In this document: piece by piece, positions 1 to 12,300 of the stretch | Numbering within the stretch: the stretch's first letter is position 1 | Layout of the letters: each line of letters begins with the position of its first letter | Origin: Mobula hypostoma | Lineage: Eukaryota | Reading direction: 5' to 3' | Assembly: GCF_963921235.1 (NCBI RefSeq) | Contig: NC_086107.1 | Span: forward strand, 116,128,001 to 116,192,000 | Length of the DNA stretch: 64,000 bases | Notes under the pieces: model-generated | Seen by the model: only the letters and a program-made list of their open reading frames with translations | Database searches by the model: none | What the model was told of the DNA's origin: nothing | Position numbers and translations under genes: made by a program

Positions 1-1494
1 CATCACCAGCCCACTCCCCATCCCAAAAACATATCACCATCACCAGCCCACTCCCCTTCACAAAAACATATCACCATCACCAGCCCACTCCCCATCACAA
101 AAACATATCACCATCACCAGCCCACCCCCATCACAAAAACATATCACCATCACCAGCCCACCCCCATCACAAAAACATATCACCATCACCAGCCCACTCC
201 CCATCACAAAAACATATCACCATCACCAGCCCACTCCCCATCACAAAAACATATCACTATCACCAGCCCACACCCCATCACAAAAACATATCACCATCAC
301 CAGCCCACTCCCCATCACAAAAACATATCACCATCACCAGCCCACCCCCATCACAAAAACATATCACCATCACCAGCCCACCCCCATCACAAAAACATAT
401 CACCGTCACCAGCCCACTCCCCATCACAAAAACATATCACCATCACCAGCCCACCCCCATCACAAAAACATATCACCATCACCAGCCCACACCCCTTCAC
501 AAAAACATATCACCATCACCAGCCCACCCCCATCACAAAAACATATCACCATCACCAGCCCACTCCCCTTCACAAAAACATATCACCATCACCAGCCCAC
601 TCCCCATCACAAAAACATATCACCATCACCAGCCCACTCCCCATCACCAAAACATATCACCATCACCAGCCCACTCCCCATCACAAAAACATATCACCAT
701 CACCAGCCCACCCCATCACAAAAACATATCACCATCACCAGCCCACACCCCATCACAAAAACATATCACCATCACCAGCCCACTCCCCATCACAAAAACA
801 TATCACCATCACCAGCCCACTCCCCTTCACAAAAACATATCACCATCACCAGCCCACTCCCCATCACCAAAACATATCACCATCACCAGCCCACTCCCCA
901 TCACAAAAACATATCACCATCACCAGCCCACACCCCATCACAAAAACATATCACCATCACCAGCCCACTCCCCATCACAAAAACATATCACCATCACCAG
1001 CCCACCCCCATCACAAAAACATATCACCATCACCAGCCCACACCCCATCACAAAAACATATCACCATCACCAGCCCACTCCCCATCACAAAAACATATCA
1101 CCATCACCAGCCCACCCCCATCACAAAAACATATCACCATCACCAGCCCACTCCCCTTCACAAAAACATATCACCATCACCAGCCCACTCCCCATCACAA
1201 AAACATATCACCATCACCAGCCCACTCCCCTTCACAAAAACATATCACCATCACCAGCCCACTCCCCATCACAAAAACATATCACCATCACCAGCCCACT
1301 CCCCATCACAAAAACATATCACCATCACCAGCCCACCCCCATCACAAAAACATATCACCATCGCCAGCCCACCCCCATCACAAAAACATATCACCATCAC
1401 CAGCCCACCCCCATCACAAAAACATATCACCATCACCAGCCCACTCCCCTTCACAAAAACATATCACCATCACCAGCCCACCCCCCATCACAAA
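1..1494. repeat. Minisatellite, 37-bp unit with 35-bp variants (CATCACCAGCCCACTCCCCATCACAAAAACATATCAC)
   Basis: Directly visible tandem array, about 40 copies, running off the left edge. Confidence 0.97.
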
Positions 1495-4400
1495 ACCCAG
1501 CCCTCTACACCAACTCTACACCCAATAACCCAGCCCTCTACACCCTCAACTCTACACCCAGTAACCCAGCCCTCTACACCAACTCTACACCCAGTAACCC
1601 AGCCCTCTACACCAACTCTACACCCAGTAACCCAGCCCTCTACACCCCCAACTCTACACCCACTAACCTCGCCCTCTGCACCCCCAACTCTACACCCAGT
1701 AACCCAGCCCTCTACACCCTCAACTCTATACCCACTAACCCAGCCCTCTGCACCCCCAACTCTACACACACTAACCCAGCCCTCTACACCAACTCTACAC
1801 CCAGTAACCCAGCCCTCTACACCAACTCTACACCCAGTAACCCAGCCCTCTACACCCCCAACTCTACACCCACTAACCTCGCCCTCTGCACCCCCAACTC
1901 TACACCCAGTAACCCAGCCCTCTACACCCTCAACTCTATACCCACTAACCCAGCCCTCTGCACCCCCAACTCTACACACACTAACCCAGCCCTCTACACC
2001 AACTCTACACCCAGTAACCCAGCCCTCTACACCCCCAACTCTACACCCACTAACCCAGCCCTCTACACCCCCAACTCTACACCCACTAACCCAGCCCTCT
2101 ACACCCCCAACTCTACACCCAATAACCCAGCCCTCTACACCCCCAACTCTACACCCAATAACCCAGCCCTCTACACCCCCAACTCTACACCCAGTAACCC
2201 AGCCCTCTACACCCCCAACTCTACACCCACTAACCCAGCCCTCTACACCCCCAACTCTACACCCACTAACCCAGCCCTCTACACCCCCAACTCTACACCC
2301 AATAACCCAGCCCTCTACACCCCCAACTCTACACCCAGTAACCCAGCCCTCTACACCAACTCTACACCCAGTAACCCAGCCCTCTACACCAACTCTACAC
2401 CCACTAACCCAGTCCTCTACACCCCCAACTCTACACCCACTAACCCAGCCCTCTACACCAACTCTACACCCACTAACCCAGCCCTCTACACCAACTCTAC
2501 ACCCAGTAACCCAGCCCTCTACACCAACTCTACACCCACTTACCCAGCCCTCTACACCCCCAACTCTACACCCAGTAACCCAGCCCTCTACACCCCCAAC
2601 TCTACACCCACTAACCCAGCCCTCTACACCAACTCTACACCTATTAACACAGCCCTCTACACCCCCAACTCTACACCCAGTAACCCAGCCCTCATACACC
2701 CCCAACTCTACACCCACTAACCCAGCCCTCTACACCCCCAACTCTACACCCAGTAACCCAGCCCTCTACACCCCCAACTCTACACCCAGTAACCCAGCCC
2801 TCTACACCCCCAACTCTACACCCAGTAACCCAGCCCTCTGCACCCCCAACTCTACACCCAGTAACCTCGCCCTCTACACCCCCAACTCTACACCCACTAA
2901 CCCAGCCCTCTACACCCCCAACTCTACACCCACTAACCCAGCCCTCTACACCCCCAACTGTACACCCACTAACCCAGCCCTCTACACCCCCAACTCTACA
3001 CCCACTAACCCAGCCCTCTACACCCCCAACTCTACACCCAATAACCCAGCCCTCTACACCCCCAACTCTACACCCAGTAACCCAGCCCTCTACACCCCCA
3101 ACTCTAAACCCACTAACGCAGCCCTCTACACGCCCAACTCTACACCCACTAACCCAGCCCTCTACACCCCCAACTCTACACCCAATAACCCAGCCCTCTA
3201 CACCCCCAACTCTACATCCAGTAACCCAGCCCTCTACACCAACTCTACATCCACTAACCCAGTCCTCTACACCCCCAACTCTACACCCACTAACCCAGCC
3301 CTCTACACCAACTCTACACCCAGTAACTCAGCCCTCTACACCAACTCTACACCCAGTAACCCAGCCCTCTGCACCCCCAACTCTACACCCAGTAACCTCG
3401 CCCTCTACACCCCCAACTCTACACCCACTAACCCAGCCCTCTACACCCCCAACTCTACACCCACTAACCCAGCCCTCTACACCCCCAACTGTACACCCAC
3501 TAACCCAGCCCTCTACACCCCCAACTCTACACCCACTAACCCAGCCCTCTACACCCCCAACTCTACACCCAATAACCCAGCCCTCTACACCCCCAACTCT
3601 ACACCCAGTAACCCAGCCCTCTACACCCCCAACTCTAAACCCACTAACGCAGCCCTCTACACGCCCAACTCTACACCCACTAACCCAGCCCTCTACACCC
3701 CCAACTCTACACCCAATAACCCAGCCCTCTACACCCCCAACTCTACATCCAGTAACCCAGCCCTCTACACCAACTCTACATCCACTAACCCAGTCCTCTA
3801 CACCCCCAACTCTACACCCACTAACCCAGCCCTCTACACCAACTCTACACCCAGTAACTCAGCCCTCTACACCAACTCTACACCCAGTAACCCAGCCCTC
3901 TACACCCCGAATTCTACACCCACTAACCCAGCACCTACACCCCCAACTCTACACCCACTAACCCAGCCCTCTACACCAACTCTACACACACTAACCCAGC
4001 CCTCTACACCAACTCTACACCCACTTACCCAGCCCTCTACACCCCCAACTCTATACCCAGTAACCCAGCCCTCTATACCCCCAACTCTACACCCAGTAAC
4101 CCAGCCCTCTACACCAACTCTACACCTATTAACACAGCCCTCTACACCCCCAACTCTACACCCAGTAACCCAGCCCTCATACACCCCCAACTCTACACCC
4201 ACTAACCCAGCCCTCTACACCCCCAACTCTACACCCAGTAACCCAGCCCTCTACACCCCCAACTCTACACCCAGTAACCCAGTCCTCTGCACCCCCAACT
4301 CTACACCCAGTAACCCAGTCCTCTACACCCCCAACTCTGCACCCAGTAACCCAGCCCTCTACACCCCCAACTCTACACCCACTAACCCAGCCCTCTACAC

Positions 4401-5261
4401 CCCCAACTCTACACCCCCTAACCCAGTCCTCTACACCCCCAACTCTACACACACTAACCCAGCCCTCTACACCCCCAACTCTACACCCAGTAACCCAGCC
4501 CTCTACACCCCCAACTCTAAACCCACTAACGCAGCCCTCTACACCAACTCTACACCCACTAACCCAGCCCTCTACACCAACTCTACACCCAGTAACCCAG
4601 CCCTCTACACCAACTCTACACTCAGTAACCCAGACGTCTACACCCCCAACTCTACACCCAGTAACCCAGCCCTCTACACCCCCAACTCTACACCCAGTAA
4701 CCCAGCCCTCTACACCCCCAACTCTACACCCAGTAACCCAGTCCTCTACACCCTCAACTCTACACCCACTAACCCAGCCCTCTACACCCCCAACTCTACA
4801 CCCACTAACCCAGCCCTCTACACCCCCAACTCTACACCCAGTAACCCAGCCCTCTACACCCTCAACTCTACACACACTAACCCAGCCCTCTACACCCCCA
4901 ACTCTACACCCACTAACCCAGCCCTCTACACCCCCAACTCTACACCCACTAACCCAGCCCTCTACACCCCCAACTCTACACCCAGTAACCCAGCCCTCTA
5001 CACCCTCAACTCTACACACACTAACCCAGCCCTCTACACCCCCAACTCTACACCCACTAACCCAGCCCTCTACACCCCCAACTCTACACACACTAACCCA
5101 GCCCTCTACACCCCCAACTCTACACCCACTAACCCAGCCCTCTACACCCCCAACTTTACACCCAGTAACCCAGCCCTCTACACCCCCAACTCTACACCCA
5201 CTAACCCAGCCCTCTACACCCCCAACTCTACACACACTAACCCAGTCCTCTACACCCCCAA
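1495..5261. repeat. Minisatellite, 36/33-bp unit (AACCCAGCCCTCTACACCCCCAACTCTACACCCAGT)
   Basis: Tandem array of more than 100 copies abutting the previous array. Confidence 0.97.
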
Positions 5262-5751
5262 TCACCACAACTTTATCATTTTCTGTCAGAGTCACGTTAC
5301 ATACTGACACTCCTGTGCCCAGCATCACCTTATGCACATACAATCAATCAATGTACAAGTTACCTCTAGAATTGATGTGTACAAGTTATCTCATGATTTT
5401 ATATTTATTGTGTTTTTTTATTCTTCTATACTTAATGTTATTGTGTTTTTTTGTGCTGCATCAGATCTGGAGTAACAATTATTTTGTTCTCAGTTGCATG
5501 TGCTCAGGAAATGACATGAAACGATCTTCAATCACCTACTTTGAAACAAACAAGTAAAGTGTGCCATTTCTGTTAACAGCCAACGCAACGAAGGCTGTGC
5601 TGGGGGCAGCCCGCAAGTGTCACCACACAATCTGCTGCCAACCGAGCAGTGCCAACACATTCAGCACGGAACACAAGACACAACAAACAGCGAAGCATCC
5701 TCAGCAAAATACATCCTCTCCCCCTCCCACCCACCACAAACATACTCATTC

Positions 5752-5986
5752 CTTAAGACCATAAGACAAAGGAGCAGAAGTAGGCCATTCGGCCCATCAA
5801 GTCTGCTCCGCCATTTTATCATGAGCTGATCCATTCTCCCATTTAGTCCCACTCCCCCGCCTTCTCACTATAACCTTTGATGCCCTGGCTACTCAGATAC
5901 CTATCAATCTCTGCCTTAAATACACCCAATGACTTGGCCTCCACTGCTGCCCGTGGCAACAAATTCCATAGATTCACCACCCTCTG
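5752..5986 (-). mobile_element. CR1-clade LINE 3' end
   Basis: Reverse complement of the CR1 ORF2 end, 3'UTR (gaatggcctacttctgctcc) and a short repeated tail. Confidence 0.75.
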
Positions 5987-6108
5987 GGGTTAGAGGAATT
6001 CTTCAGCCTTCAGTGCACTGTGAACTCACAGATACTGGGTTTTGACTACCCCAGCGGGCTCGGAGACACTTTCCCAAGGGGCTCGGACACACTTCCCCGG
6101 CGAACTCG

Positions 6109-6484
6109 GACAGATTTCCACAGTGGATTCCAACAGATTTTCCTAGTGGACTTGGACAGATTTCCACAGTGGATTCCGACAGATTTTCCTAGTGGACTTG
6201 GACAGATTTCCACAGTGGATTCCGACAGATTTTCCTGGTGGACTTGGGACAGATTTCCACAGTGGATTCAGACAGAATTTCCTGGTGGACTTGGGACAGA
6301 TTTCCACAGTGGATTCCGACAGATTTTCCTGGTGGACTTGGGACAGATTTCCACAGTGGATTCAGACAGATTTTCCTGGTGGACTTGGGACAGATTTCCA
6401 CAGTGGATTCAGACAGAATTTCTTGGTGGACTTGGGACAGATTTCCACAGTGGATTCAGACAGAATTTCCTGGTGGACTTGGAG
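6109..6484. repeat. Tandem repeat, 47-48-bp unit made of two related halves (GACAGATTTCCACAGTGGATT / GACAGATTTTCCTGGTGGACTT)
   Basis: About 8 copies visible. Confidence 0.92.
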
Positions 6485-6599
6485 ACACTCTCAGATTTGC
6501 ACTCCAGCCATTGAACCTCTGATAACCTGCTTTGATCTTCCCAGTAGCCAAGACTCATAGACGTTGACGAATGAGGGCCAAATGCATGACTTATGAGAC

Positions 6600-7700
6600 T
6601 GAAGGCATTAGAAATGATCTTTCAAAGATCATTGTACTCTGGTATGGTGCCAGAGGACTGGAAAATTGCAAATGTCACTCACTCTTTAGAAAAGGAGGAA
6701 GGCAGCAGAAAGGAAATTATAGACCAGTTAGCCTGACCTCGGTTTCTGGGGAGATGCTGGAGTCAATTGTTACGGACAAGGTGATGGAGTACTTGGTGAC
6801 ACAGGACAAGATAGGCCAAAGTCAGCATGGTTTCCTTCAGGGAAAATCCTGCCTGACGAACCTGTTGGAATTCTTTGAGGAGATTACAAGTAGGCTAGAT
6901 AAAGGGGATGTAGTGGATGTTGTGTATTTTGACTTTCAGAAGGCCTTTGAGAAGGTGCCACACATGAAGCTGCTTACCAAGTTAAGTATTACAGGAAAGT
7001 TACTAACATGGTTAGAGCATTGGCTGATTGGGAGGAGACAGCAAGTAGGAATAAAAGGATCCTTTTCTGGTTGGCTGCCAGTGACTGGTGGTGTTCCACA
7101 GGGGTCTGTGTTGGGACTGCTTCTTTTTATGCTGTATATAGATGATTGAGATGGAATAGATGGCTTTGTTGCCAAGTTTGCAAATGATATAAAGATTGCT
7201 GGAGGAGCAGGTAGTGTTGAGGAACCCAATAGGCTGCAAAAGGACTTAGACAGATCAGGAGAATGGGCAAGAAAGTGGCAAATTAAATACAATGTTGGAA
7301 AATGCATGGTCATGCACTTTGGTAGAAGAAATAAATACAAAGACTATTTTCTAAATGGGGAGAAAATCCAAAAATGTGAGTTGCAAATTGACTTGGGAGT
7401 CTTTGTGCAGAACTTCCTGAAAGTTAACTTGCAGTTAGAGTCAGTGGTGAGGAAGGCAGTGCAATGTTGGCATTGATTTCGAGAACAGGGATGTGATGCT
7501 GAGGATTTATAAGGCACTGGTGAGTCCACATCTAAGGAAAGCTGTGCTGGCATTGGAGAGGGTCCACAGGAGGCTCACAAGGATGATTCTGGGAACGAAA
7601 GGGTGATCATACAAGCAACATTTTATTACTCTGGGTCTGTACATGCTGGAACTTAGAAGGAAGATGAACAAAATGGTCTAATTCCACTCCTTTGTCATAG
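6600..7700 (+). mobile_element. Degenerate CR1-clade LINE, RT domain
   Basis: NYRPVSLTS, QHGF..GKSCLTNLLEFFE, DFQKAF, GVPQGSVLG motifs, with stops and frameshifts. Confidence 0.92.
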
Positions 7701-7989
7701 GGTTTAACTCCAGGACTTGAATAATGACCCAAAAGCTAGCCCTCTAACTCTGGGTACGCCCTTGCCACTGGCCTTCCAAAGCAGAGTGGAGGTTTACAGT
7801 TGGACTTAGGATTCAGTTTACTGTTTAAGGATGGGGATGTGCCATAATTGTCGGACAGGCCAGATTCTTAACTCACATCTCTGTCCCCAAAACCATCCCT
7901 ATGAACCAAAAAAGCCCTAAGCAGTGATCTCGACAAAGACCACAACGTGATGCCATTTTGAAATGTCTGTCATCCTGCCGCTGTCTCTA

Positions 7990-8225
7990 AGGGTTTGTAC
8001 GTTCTTGATGGCCATGTTGCCACTGTCAGTAAGGAGTTTGCACATTCTCCTGTGACCATGTGGGTTTCCTCCGGGTGCAACTGTCTCCTCCCAGTCCAAA
8101 CACGTCCCAACTGGTAGGTGAGTTGGTCGTTGTAAATTGTTCTGTGATTAGGCCAGGATTAAATCGGGGCTTGCTGGGTGCTGCGGCTCCAAAGGGCAGA
8201 AAGGGCTGTCCCACGCTGTATTTTA
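7990..8225 (+). mobile_element. V-SINE (HE1-like) fragment
   Basis: Core gagtttgcacattctcctgtgaccatgtgggtttcctccgggtgc resembles the V-domain. Confidence 0.7.
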
Positions 8226-8544
8226 ATTTTTTTTAATTTCTCAAAATGTTATGAAAATAGACAAAATGCTGAAGACAAATATTGAGGTCGTTTTCACGCT
8301 CCAAGGACCATTCAAAAATCTGGTAGCAGAACAGAAAAAGCTTTTCCAGAATCATTCAGTGTGGGTCTGATGGGGACAATGCAAAGAGGGCATGTCCTGG
8401 GTACTGGGGGTCCTCTGCGTGAGGCACCACCTCTGGAAGATTCCTGGTGCCTGAGATGGCTGAGTCTACAACAACCCCTGCAGCATTTTGTGATGCAGTG
8501 GCATTACAGCCTCGACAGCAGACGGTGAGAATGCTCTCCTCTGC

Positions 8545-9092
8545 ACTAATCCCCTAATGAGGAAAGACATCCTTGCCATAGAGGGAGTACAAATAAGGTT
8601 CACCAGATTGATTCCTGGGATGGCAGGACTTTCATATGAAGAAAGACTGGATGAACTGGGCTTGTACTCGTTGGAATTTAGAAGATTGAAGGGGGATCTG
8701 ATTGAAACGTATAAGATCATAAAGGGATTGGACAGGCTGGATGCAGGAAGATTGTTCCCGATGTTGGGGAAGTCCAGAACGAGGGGTCACAGTTTGAGGA
8801 TAGAGGGGAAGCCTTTTAGGATTGAGATGAGGAAAAACTTCTTCACACAGAGAGTGGTGAATCTGTGGAATTCTCCGCCACAGGAAACTGTTGAGGCCAG
8901 TTCATTGGCTATATTTAAGAGGGAGTTAGATATGGCCCTTGTGGCTACAGGGGTCAGGGGGTATGGAGGGAAGGCTGGGGCGGGGTTCTGAGTTGGATGA
9001 TCAGCCATGATCATAATAAATGGCGGTGCAGGCTCGAAGGGCCGAATGGCCTACTCCTGCACCTATTTTCTATGTTTCTATGTTTCTATCTA
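8545..9092 (+). mobile_element. 5'-truncated CR1 LINE, ORF2 C-terminus with 3'UTR and (TTCTATGT)n tail
   Basis: Uninterrupted RFTRLIPGM..YEERL..LYSLE.RRL.GDLIETYKI..TRGH..FFTQRVVNLWNS. Confidence 0.93.
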
Positions 9093-9119
9093 TAGAAATT
9101 ACATTTTTGCTGATGTACC

Positions 9120-9305
9120 AAATTACAAGAAATGCCTAATCAAGTGGAGCAGCTGACAGACTTTCTTGGTGACGGCATCAATGTGTTGGGTCCACGATAG
9201 ATCCTCAGAGATGTTGACACCCAGGATTTTGAAAATGCTCAACCTTACCTCCACTGACCAATCGAGGAGAATTGACATGTACTTTCTCAACTTCCCCTTT
9301 CTTAA
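9120..9305 (-). mobile_element. LINE (Rex1/L2-type) RT C-terminal fragment
   Basis: FKILGVNISEDLSWTQHIDAVTKK. Confidence 0.7.
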
Positions 9306-9327
9306 TTCATGCAGATAGCGAGTACAT

Positions 9328-12300
9328 GGGAGTGTGTGATGGTTCGGTGTGGTGGGAGATTCACTCTGTGTCTGACCCCGGGAGTGTGTGATGGGACGGT
9401 GTGGAGGGAGATTCACTCTGTGTCTGACCCCGGGAGTGTGTGATGGGACGGTGTGGAGGGAGTTTCACTCTGTGTCTGACCCCGGGAGTGTGTGATGGGA
9501 CGGTGTGGAGGGAGTTTCACTCTGTGTCTGACCCCGGGAGTGTGTGATGGGACGGTGTGGAGGGAACTTCACTCTGTGTCTGATCCCGGGAGTGTGTGAT
9601 GGGACGGTGTGGAGGGAGATTCACTCTGTGTCTGACCCCGGGAGTGTGTGATGGGACGGTGTGGAGTGAGATTCACTCTGTGTCTGACCCCGGGAGTGTC
9701 TGATGGGACAGTGCAGAGGGAGCTTCACTCTGTGTCTGACCCCGGGAGGGTGTGATAGGTCGGTGTGGAGTGAGATTCACTCTGTGTCTGACCCCGGGAG
9801 TGTGTGATGGGACGGTGTGGAGGGAGATTCACTCTGTGTCTGACCCCGCGAGTGTGTGATGGGACGGTGTGGAGGGAGTTTCACTCTCTGTCTGACCCCG
9901 GGAGTGTGTGATGGGACGGTGTGGAGGGAGATTCACTCTGTGTCTGACCCCGGGAGTGTGTGATGGGACGGTGTGGAGGGAGATTCACTCTGTGTCTGAC
10001 CCCGGGAGAGTGTGATGGGACGGCGTGGAGGGAGTTTCACTCTGTGTCTGACCCCGGGAGTGTGTGATGGGACGGTGTGGAGGGAGATTCACTCTGTGTC
10101 TGACCCCGAGAGTGTGTGATGGGACGGTGTGGAGGGAGATGCACTCTGTGTCTGACCCCGGGAGTGTGTGATGGGACGGTGTAGAGGGAGTTTAACTCTC
10201 TGTCTGACCCCGGGAGTGTGTGATGGGACGGTGTGGAGGGAGATGCACTCTGTGTCTGACCCCGGGAGTGTCTGATGGGACAGTGCGGAGGGAGATTCAC
10301 TCTGTCTGACCCCGGGAGTGTGTGATGGGACGGTGTGGAGGGAGATTCACTCTGTGTCTGACTCCGGGAGTGTGTGATGGGGGGTGTGGAGGGAGATTCA
10401 CTCTGTGTCTGACTCCGGGAGTGTGTGAAGGGACGGTGTGGAGGGACATTCACTCTGTGTCTGACCCTGGGAGTGTGTGATCGGACGGTGTGGAGGGAGC
10501 TTCACTCTGTGACTGACCCCGGGAGTGTGTGATGGGACGGTGTGGAGGGAACTTCACTCTCTGTCTGATCCCGGGAGTGTGTGATGGGACGGTGTGGAGG
10601 GAGATTCACTCTGTGTCTGACCCCGGGAGTGTCTGATAGACGGTGCGGGGGGAGATTCACTCAGTGTCTGACCCCGGGAGTGTGTGATGGGACGGTGTGG
10701 AGGGAGTTTCAGTCTGTTTCTGAACCTGGAATTGTGTGATGGGACGGTGTGGCGTGAGCTTCAGTCTGTGTCTGACCCCGGGAGTGTGTGATGGGTCGGT
10801 GTGGAGGGAGATTCACTCTGTGTCTCACTCCGGGAGTGTGTGATGGGGGGTGGAGAGGGAGTTTCACTCTGTGTCTGACCCCGGGAGTGTCTGATGGGAC
10901 GGTGTGGAGGGAGATTCACTGTGTGTCTGACTCCTGGAGTGTGTGATGGGACGGTGTGGAGGGAGTTTCACTCTGTGTCTGACCCCGGGAGTGTGTGATG
11001 GGACGGTGTGGAGGGAGTTTCACTCTGTGTCTGACCCCGGGAGTGTGTGATGGGACGGTGTGGAGGGAACTTCACTCTGTGTCTGATCCCGGGAGTGTGT
11101 GATGGGACGGTGTGGAGGGAGATTCACTCTGTGTCTGACCCCGGGAGTGTGTGATGGGACGGTGTGGAGTGAGATTCACTCTGTGTCTGACCCCGGGAGT
11201 GTCTGATGGGACTGTGCAGAGGGAGCTTCACTCTGTGTCTGACCCCGGGAGGGTGTGATAGGTCGGTGTGGAGTGAGATTCACTCTGTGTCTGACCCCGG
11301 GAGTGTGTGATGGGACGGTGTGGAGGGAGATTCACTCTGTGTCTGACCCCGCGAGTGTGTGATGGGACGGTGTGGAGGGAGTTTCACTCTCTGTCTGACC
11401 CCGGGAGTGTGTGATGGGACGGTGTGGAGGGAGATTCACTCTGTGTCTGACCCCGGGAGTGTGTGATGGGACGGTGTGGAGGGAGATTCACTCTGTGTCT
11501 GACCCCGGGAGAGTGTGATGGGACGGCGTGGAGGGAGTTTCACTCTGTGTCTGACCCCGGGAGTGTGTGATGGGACGGTGTGGAGGGAGATTCACTCTGT
11601 GTCTGACCCCGAGAGTGTGTGATGGGACGGTGTGGAGGGAGATGCACTCTGTGTCTGACCCCGGGAGTGTGTGATGGGACGGTGTAGAGGGAGTTTAACT
11701 CTCTGTCTGACCCCGGGAGTGTGTGATGGGACGGTGTGGAGGGAGATGCACTCTGTGTCTGACCCCGGGAGTGTCTGATGGGACAGTGCGGAGGGAGATT
11801 CACTCTGTCTGACCCCGGGAGTGTGTGATGGGACGGTGTGGAGGGAGATTCACTCTGTGTCTGACTCCGGGAGTGTGTGATGGGGGGTGTGGAGGGAGAT
11901 TCACTCTGTGTCTGACTCCGGGAGTGTGTGAAGGGACGGTGTGGAGGGACATTCACTCTGTGTCTGACCCTGGGAGTGTGTGATCGGACGGTGTGGAGGG
12001 AGCTTCACTCTGTGACTGACCCCGGGAGTGTGTGATGGGACGGTGTGGAGGGAACTTCACTCTCTGTCTGATCCCGGGAGTGTGTGATGGGACGGTGTGG
12101 AGGGAGATTCACTCTGTGTCTGACCCCGGGAGTGTCTGATAGACGGTGCGGGGGGAGATTCACTCAGTGTCTGACCCCGGGAGTGTGTGATGGGACGGTG
12201 TGGAGGGAGTTTCAGTCTGTTTCTGAACCTGGAATTGTGTGATGGGACGGTGTGGCGTGAGCTTCAGTCTGTGTCTGACCCCGGGAGTGTGTGATGGGTC

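Noticed and set aside
1495..5261. Telomeric or interstitial telomeric repeat
   Set aside because: Only one TAACCC per 33-36 bp, with no (TTAGGG)n run.
1488..5343. Long (GVEGWVTGCRVG)n ORFs
   Set aside because: They arise from a 36/33-bp unit that lacks stops in several frames. There is no non-repetitive coding context or splice support.
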